Virus record (IMG/VR): IMGVR_UViG_648276671_000007
Coordinates: 1 to 21,537 of that record
Source of the DNA: a virus
Taxonomy: Duplodnaviria; Heunggongvirae; Uroviricota; Caudoviricetes
Reading direction: 5' to 3' (one strand)
Length of the DNA: 21,537 bases
Under the pieces are notes generated by a model. The model saw nothing but the letters and a program-made list of their open reading frames with translations, was not told the origin of the DNA and searched no databases. The translations under genes and the position numbers were made by a program. This document shows positions 16,583-21,537 of the stretch, in pieces. Within the stretch, counting starts at the first letter, position 1. The number at the start of each line of letters is the position of its first letter.

Positions 16583-18143
16583 CGCCTTTTTCTCCCGTTG
16601 TCTGTCGGATCTGCTGCTGAAACGTGTCCTTTATCCAGATGGGGCGCGGAAGACCCGCGGCCTGTCGCTCCTGACTTTCACGCAGTTGCTGGCGGAAAAT
16701 CTCCTGATAGTCATCGCCCATCAGGGCCAGCTCCTTCTCGTACGTGCTCAGGCCACCTTCAATACGCATCACCGCTTCCTGTACTTCCTTGAGACCATCA
16801 ATCGCCATGCGACCGGCACCAATCCACTCGGCACGGCACCATCCGGAACGGGCCTCCCAGAATGAGAAACGGGATTTCGGCGGGCGGATCACACCGCGAA
16901 TAAGGGCTTCCTCCAGCCAGCAGGCAAACATCTGTGATGCCAGTCGGCTGGCCACAAATTTTCGTTTGCCCATAAAATACCGCCACGACTCATTGGCGGA
17001 TGCCCTGGCACTGGAATAACTGACCTGTGAATAATCACGGGAAAGCTGTTCATAGGACACGCCCAGTCCGGCTGCGATGTAGCGTAACAGCGCTTTTTCC
17101 AGTTCAGAGAACCCATTATCCGCATTCTGCGCTGTCTGCAGATTCAGTGAATCCCCCGGATAAAGGTGTGGAATACGGACCCCGCCCAGCTTTACCGTAT
17201 TGGTGGCGTAATAACGCGCGTAGCCTTTCATGATGGTGTTCAGGGGATTTTTACCGCCATCTCCCACCCCGGCGATATATTCAAATGCTTTTTCCGAATC
17301 CAGTGTGGATTCAATCGTCGCGGCATACATTGCGCGCACCACCGCCGACTGCAGTTGCGTGGCCTGCAGTGTGTCGAGCATCTTGAGGCGCTCCATGACA
17401 GAATAAAACTGGTTGGCCCCGCGCGTCTGTCCGTCCTCCTGCGGCTGAAACACATGGATCATGCCCGGTCGCCCGGAGGGCAGCGTCGCCGCAATCCGCG
17501 TCCAGTTGCTGACACCGTAACCGGGCCAGTCATCTTCCTGAACATGGTAAGCCAGCGCTTTTCCGTACCGGTTGATTTCCACCCCGGCACGCATAAAACG
17601 ATCGCCAGTACCATAACCGGGTGTACTGACACGTTTCGGGCTGATGGTCTTGAATTTCGTCCGGAATAATGACGTGGACTCTGCATCCCAAACGGGCTGG
17701 ACAAAAACTTCACCGTTAAACGTATGAACGCCCACCCCTTCACGAATGAATTCGGTAAACGAACGACGCCCTTCCACATCCATCGTGCCAAACACCGGAT
17801 CGCAGAATTCCATCCACGCCGCCTCAACATCTTCAATAAAGGCATGTGAATCGGCTTCCGACATTCCCAGCCAGCGCCAGTTGGGCCGGTAACTCAGACG
17901 AAACATGTGTCCGACGATATGGTCTTTATGAATTTCCACCGCATTTGCGGCAATACCATTATTGCGGACCAGATCATCCGCACGGGCGTTACCCAGTTGA
18001 ATGGAAGGCAGTAGCGCCACATCGGCACTTTCCGGCGCGGGCAGCCATTCCGCAAGTTGCCCGCCAAATCCGGTACCACCTCCGGAATATCCCATACTCT
18101 GCCGCAGTGGCTGACCGTGCAGATCCACCAGTTCCCCGTTCAC
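16572..18143 (-). CDS. B: Portal protein, lambda gpB-like
   Basis: 523 aa; ...GGGTGFGGQL...ALLPSIQLGNARADDLVRNNGIAANAV...LRYIAAGLGVSYEQLSRDYSQVSYSSARASANESW...GRMAIDGLKEVQEAVM matches lambda gpB. Confidence 0.95.
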   Translation of the reverse strand: MNGELVDLHGQPLRQSMGYSGGGTGFGGQLAEWLPAPESADVALLPSIQLGNARADDLVRNNGIAANAVEIHKDHIVGHMFRLSYRPNWRWLGMSEADSHAFIEDVEAAWMEFCDPVFGTMDVEGRRSFTEFIREGVGVHTFNGEVFVQPVWDAESTSLFRTKFKTISPKRVSTPGYGTGDRFMRAGVEINRYGKALAYHVQEDDWPGYGVSNWTRIAATLPSGRPGMIHVFQPQEDGQTRGANQFYSVMERLKMLDTLQATQLQSAVVRAMYAATIESTLDSEKAFEYIAGVGDGGKNPLNTIMKGYARYYATNTVKLGGVRIPHLYPGDSLNLQTAQNADNGFSELEKALLRYIAAGLGVSYEQLSRDYSQVSYSSARASANESWRYFMGKRKFVASRLASQMFACWLEEALIRGVIRPPKSRFSFWEARSGWCRAEWIGAGRMAIDGLKEVQEAVMRIEGGLSTYEKELALMGDDYQEIFRQQLRESQERQAAGLPRPIWIKDTFQQQIRQTTGEKGDAS

Positions 18144-18349
18144 AACCCCACTCCTGCCGGGCCGCGACGCCGTCCGGATACGCCCAGCGCACTTTCCAGC
18201 TCGTCAATATACTGACGCAGTTCGCCAATCGTCGCCCGCGAATACTGAACCTGACGCCCGTCCTTGCTGACGGAAACCACAGCACGTCCGATCATCAGTT
18301 CATGTAATGCCCGGCGGGCATCACAAAGCATTTCATGCGTATAAACCAT
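18140..18349 (-). CDS. W: Head-tail joining protein, lambda gpW-like
   Basis: 69 aa; ...ARRALHELMIGRAVVSVSKDGRQVQYSRATIGELRQYIDELE...RRRGPAG matches lambda gpW ([27 protein letters not shown]...RRRGPAG). Confidence 0.9.
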   Translation of the reverse strand: MVYTHEMLCDARRALHELMIGRAVVSVSKDGRQVQYSRATIGELRQYIDELESALGVSGRRRGPAGVGL

Positions 18350-18352
18350 CTT

Positions 18353-20269
18353 TTATCCTCCACTCAGTGCAGCCGCGATTTCTTCCAGACTCATCTCATC
18401 GTCGTCCTGCTCATCTCTTCTGGCACGGGCCAGTGCTTCAAGATCAAGCTGCCACCGCTGAACTGAAATACGCAGGGCAGCATAGGCATATACCAGGCAG
18501 TCGAGGGCTTCGTTGCGTCGCCCTTTTTTATCCCACAGCAGTTTCACCCTGCCATTAACCACCTTCTCCACCAGTTCTTCCGCCACAATCTGACGCGCCT
18601 CTTCTTCCGAAAAAATGTCGGGATTATCCGGAAAACGGAAGGTATACGGGGCGGCTTCACTGGCAGAGGCCACCGGCAGGGCAAAACGGGCATACAGCAT
18701 TTCCTTGACGGTATCGGAGCCCACCTCACACAAAAACACACCACGCTGGTTGCGCTTTTTGGGCATGGTGATCACCGGCTTGCCGTACACCGATGCTCCT
18801 TTTATGGGAAGCACAAAAAAAGTGCCGTGTTTTCTGGAACGCTGATACACAATGTCCTGGTCAATACCGCCGGTATCCCAGCAGACGCGGGAAATGGAAA
18901 TTTCAGTACCGTCAGCATGGCTGTATTTTTTCCGGATCACCGCATCAACACGTTTAAGGGTGTCCTCGTCTTCCGGTCGCCCCATGATAATTTGCTTATC
19001 AATCAGAAAGGCTTCTTCGCCTGGAGCCCAGCCCCACACATAAATTTCATAGCGATCTTTCTGGGAGTCGATCCCGGCAGTCAGGTAAACCACCCGCAGG
19101 GGAACCTGCGCGCCATAGTGGCAGACTTTTTCCAGCAACAACTCAAAGCTCAGTTTTTCTGCCACGGCCTCTTCATAGGGCTCCCCGAGCGTGGTGTTAA
19201 TGAATGTCTTGACGCCGTTCGGATCCTTTAGTGCATCCAGCCAGTCATAAACAATCTGCACCCAGGTGGTGAACGGACTGTACGCTGTCCACACGTGGTA
19301 CGTGATTGAGCGCGGTGGCGGCATCTCCTCATCACCGGCGCTGTAAAATGCCAGGCCGTCGCGCGTCCACATCCCGGTATTGTCACAAATCCAGCGTCCG
19401 TCGGTCTGGTCAAGTTCCGACTGGCGGATCACACAGCCATTATGTTCACACAGGTAATACACCGTTTCCGGTTTACCCTTCTCCCATTTCAGGCCAGACG
19501 GCGTCGCATCATCACCAAACTTCAGATACTGAGCCTCCCCGCAATGAGGGCAAGGGACATAAAACCGCATGAAATGCGCAGATTCATTCGCGGCTTTCTC
19601 AATCTGACAGGAACCTTTGATTTTTGGCGTTGAGCCGCGTATGGATTTAGGCCATACCGAACCTTCGATACGTTTATCACCAAGCAGCGTCGGCGAACCT
19701 TCTTTTTCCACATCCGGTTCAAACGAGGAGAGTTCGTCATAGCAGACCACATCCACAGATTTTTCACGGTAGTTTTTAGCAGCGGCACCGCCCAGGCACC
19801 AGAAACCCACACCGGAGGAAAAACGCTTCAGGGTGAGTGTATTATCGCGGTGTTTTCTGCCCAGCCATGGAGACAACGCTTTAAGGCAGGGGACATCCCG
19901 CAATGTTGCTTCCACATGTGCTTTCATAAAATCTTCAGCTGCAGAATCTGTCGGCTGAAAAAGCAGACTGTTACGGGATTTATGCTCAATAAAATACCCG
20001 ACCACGCCCAGCAGCATTTTGGTATAACCCACGCGCGCTGATTTAATCAGATTAACAGTGCGGATCCGGTCATTACCCATGCTGTTCATGATGGCAACCT
20101 GAAACGGCAGGGTCTTCCACTCTCCATCACCGTATGACGACTCTTTAGGCAGATAATAATTTTGATCAGCCCATTCAACCGGCGTCACCGGCAATGCCCT
20201 TATCAGTGGCTGCAATGCGGCTGTGACGGCGATCATCATATTATTCAGTTGTAGTTCGGATATATTCAT
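18353..20269 (-). CDS. A: Terminase large subunit, lambda gpA-like
   Basis: Start preferred at the internal MNISELQL... (ATG ending at 20269), matching lambda A MNISNSQVN...; long collinear similarity (TPVEWADQNYYLPKESSYGDGEWKTLPFQ..., RVGYTKMLLGV..., DKRIEGSVWPKSIRGSTPK..., CPHCGEAQYLKFGD...). Overlaps the 3' end of Nu1 by about 29 nt, as in lambda. Confidence 0.95.
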   Translation of the reverse strand: MNISELQLNNMMIAVTAALQPLIRALPVTPVEWADQNYYLPKESSYGDGEWKTLPFQVAIMNSMGNDRIRTVNLIKSARVGYTKMLLGVVGYFIEHKSRNSLLFQPTDSAAEDFMKAHVEATLRDVPCLKALSPWLGRKHRDNTLTLKRFSSGVGFWCLGGAAAKNYREKSVDVVCYDELSSFEPDVEKEGSPTLLGDKRIEGSVWPKSIRGSTPKIKGSCQIEKAANESAHFMRFYVPCPHCGEAQYLKFGDDATPSGLKWEKGKPETVYYLCEHNGCVIRQSELDQTDGRWICDNTGMWTRDGLAFYSAGDEEMPPPRSITYHVWTAYSPFTTWVQIVYDWLDALKDPNGVKTFINTTLGEPYEEAVAEKLSFELLLEKVCHYGAQVPLRVVYLTAGIDSQKDRYEIYVWGWAPGEEAFLIDKQIIMGRPEDEDTLKRVDAVIRKKYSHADGTEISISRVCWDTGGIDQDIVYQRSRKHGTFFVLPIKGASVYGKPVITMPKKRNQRGVFLCEVGSDTVKEMLYARFALPVASASEAAPYTFRFPDNPDIFSEEEARQIVAEELVEKVVNGRVKLLWDKKGRRNEALDCLVYAYAALRISVQRWQLDLEALARARRDEQDDDEMSLEEIAAALSGG

Positions 20270-20747
20270 TGAGTAACTCCGGCAATTTATCCCCTGTCCG
20301 CGCACACTGATTCGCTCCCTTTGCGATAAGGGTTTTCAGATAATCAATATGACGCGGCGTTAAATCCGGGAACTGTCGCTGCATGGATAAAGGAATGGAA
20401 TCAAGCGTACTGGACAACGCCATTGCCAGTTTGCTGAGAGCGAAAACGCAGAACGCTGAATCGATGAGCTTACCTTCGGTTACCTGATTTTTAAGTTTTT
20501 GAGCTACGGCCTGTTCTTCCGTCAGTTCAGCTCTGGCCCGGAGTAATCTTTCCTCCAGATCGCTCCCGTCATCAGGTGCTCTCTGATTGTGTTGCCGTCG
20601 CTCGCGATCGATTTCCAGTACGGTTTTAACGTCATAAAAAACTTCCCTCCCCCGACGCTCAACAGGAGGAACGCCCCATTTATCAAATGCCTGAACGGAT
20701 ATACCGATGGAGGAGGCCATATCGCTTTTATTCAATAAACAGGCCAT
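20241..20747 (-). CDS. nu1: Terminase small subunit, lambda gpNu1-like
   Basis: Start preferred at ATG 20745-20747 (MACLLNKSDMASSIGISVQAFDKWG..., like lambda Nu1 MEVNKKQLADIFGASIRTIQNWQ) with GGAGAGGAG directly upstream. The ORF-track start at 20786 is a TTG. Confidence 0.85.
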   Translation of the reverse strand: MACLLNKSDMASSIGISVQAFDKWGVPPVERRGREVFYDVKTVLEIDRERRQHNQRAPDDGSDLEERLLRARAELTEEQAVAQKLKNQVTEGKLIDSAFCVFALSKLAMALSSTLDSIPLSMQRQFPDLTPRHIDYLKTLIAKGANQCARTGDKLPELLNEYIRTTTE

Positions 20748-20779
20748 CTCCTCTCCATAAGCCATCGATAAAAAGTGAT

Positions 20780-20990
20780 ACAACAACCTTGTATTTTTAC
20801 TAAACCATTTGATTTAATTAATGTTTTTAGCATCAACCACATCAAAAAGCATCATCAGGTTGTTGTATTTATTTCTCTTTCTTCTTAATTATCAATGAGG
20901 TACGACAAACAATTAAACAACAACCCCCCCTCAAAAAATCTCATAAATAGCGCGTTTTTGCGCGTCTACAGACCCCCGGTGTTTCAGATT
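20780..20990 (-). other. Putative cos region (cosN/cosB-like) upstream of Nu1
   Basis: Minus strand reads ...ACACCGGGGGTCTGTAGACGCGCAAAAACGCGCTATTTATGAGATTTTTTGAGGGGGGG..., resembling the lambda cos junction ...ACGGGGCGGCGACCTCGCGGGTTTTCGCTATTTATGAAAATTTTCC.... A 10-bp inverted repeat ACAACAACCT (20780-20789) / AGGTTGTTGT (20858-20867) lies between it and the Nu1 start, where lambda has Nu1-binding R sites. Confidence 0.5.
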
Positions 20991-21245
20991 CCGGAAAGGA
21001 CCCGTGAAAATGATAACAATTATCAATTGAAGTAAAGCCCGGCTTCTTCCACCATCGCACCGGACAGGCGACCATGAAGGGACAACTCCGTGCTTTGTTT
21101 ACGCAGCAAGTCCTGGTGTGTATCGTTTTTGATTATTCCCGCACACTCGCGCAGAAGGTGTTCCCGTCAGGCTACGGTCTCTGTTAATGGGGGAATACGG
21201 CGACAATACGGCGCACAGAAATAAATCAGGAAAGGACAACCGATT

Positions 21246-21509
21246 TTATGTGATCACCCAGCTCTTTCCGTCCGCCCCGGTCTGTACCAGCGTTACGCTG
21301 CTTTCTGTGACCGTGGATGACGGCAGTCCTTCGCTTTCACCTTTTGGGGTGATGAGCACATTGTTGCTCGCTGGCTCTATCGTGATGGTTCCCGCATTGT
21401 TCGCCACTATCTGCACCGTATTACCGGTGCTGATTGCCGCATCCGGAATAATCACCCTTCCGCCACGGGAGCCAGCAGGAAAAGTAAACATATGAAGAGA
21501 CATCTTCAT
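21246..21509 (-). CDS. Hypothetical small protein upstream of cos (unknown function; coding status uncertain)
   Basis: 88-codon ORF in the late-operon orientation with no recognised homologue and a weak SD. A competing plus-strand pair (21074..21187 and 21187..21495) overlaps it, so which strand codes is unresolved. Confidence 0.25.
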   Translation of the reverse strand: MKMSLHMFTFPAGSRGGRVIIPDAAISTGNTVQIVANNAGTITIEPASNNVLITPKGESEGLPSSTVTESSVTLVQTGADGKSWVIT

Positions 21510-21537
21510 CACTCAGTGTCACCGTTCCGTCATCCCC

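Noticed and set aside
20748-20786. Longer Nu1 N-terminus starting at the TTG at 20786 as given in the ORF track
   Set aside because: The lambda Nu1 N-terminus aligns to the internal MACLLNKSD... start, which also has a strong GGAGAGGAG SD; the TTG extension has no RBS.
21011-21030. Palindrome TGATAA-N3-TTATCA resembling part of a Fur box or an IHF-type site
   Set aside because: Only a partial match to the Fur consensus as I remember it, and A/T-rich palindromes are common near cos sites; insufficient evidence to call a regulator site.

Overview
The window is almost entirely one minus-strand late (structural) operon of a temperate tailed phage or prophage, read from the right end to the left. 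It is a chimera: a lambda-like cos/packaging/head module (Nu1, A, W, B, C with nested scaffold region, D, E, a fused FI-FII, then Z-like and a possible U-like protein) joined to a P2/R-pyocin-like contractile-tail module (V, W, J, I, H fibre, two tail-fibre assembly genes, sheath, tube, E/E' chaperone with a predicted -1 frameshift, tape measure, U, X, D). A lambda Stf-like side tail fibre gene with collagen-like Gly-X-Y repeats follows and runs off the left edge. All protein identifications come from reading the translations against remembered lambda and P2 proteins, not from a database search. I found no integrase, tRNA, CRISPR array or recognisable defence/cargo gene; the only non-structural candidates are small uncharacterised ORFs beside the putative cos site at the right edge. 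The most unusual points are the head/tail module chimerism, the in-frame FI-FII fusion, a triplicated 46-aa repeat in the scaffold part of gpC, the E/E' slippery site, and the extra Stf-like fibre after gpD.
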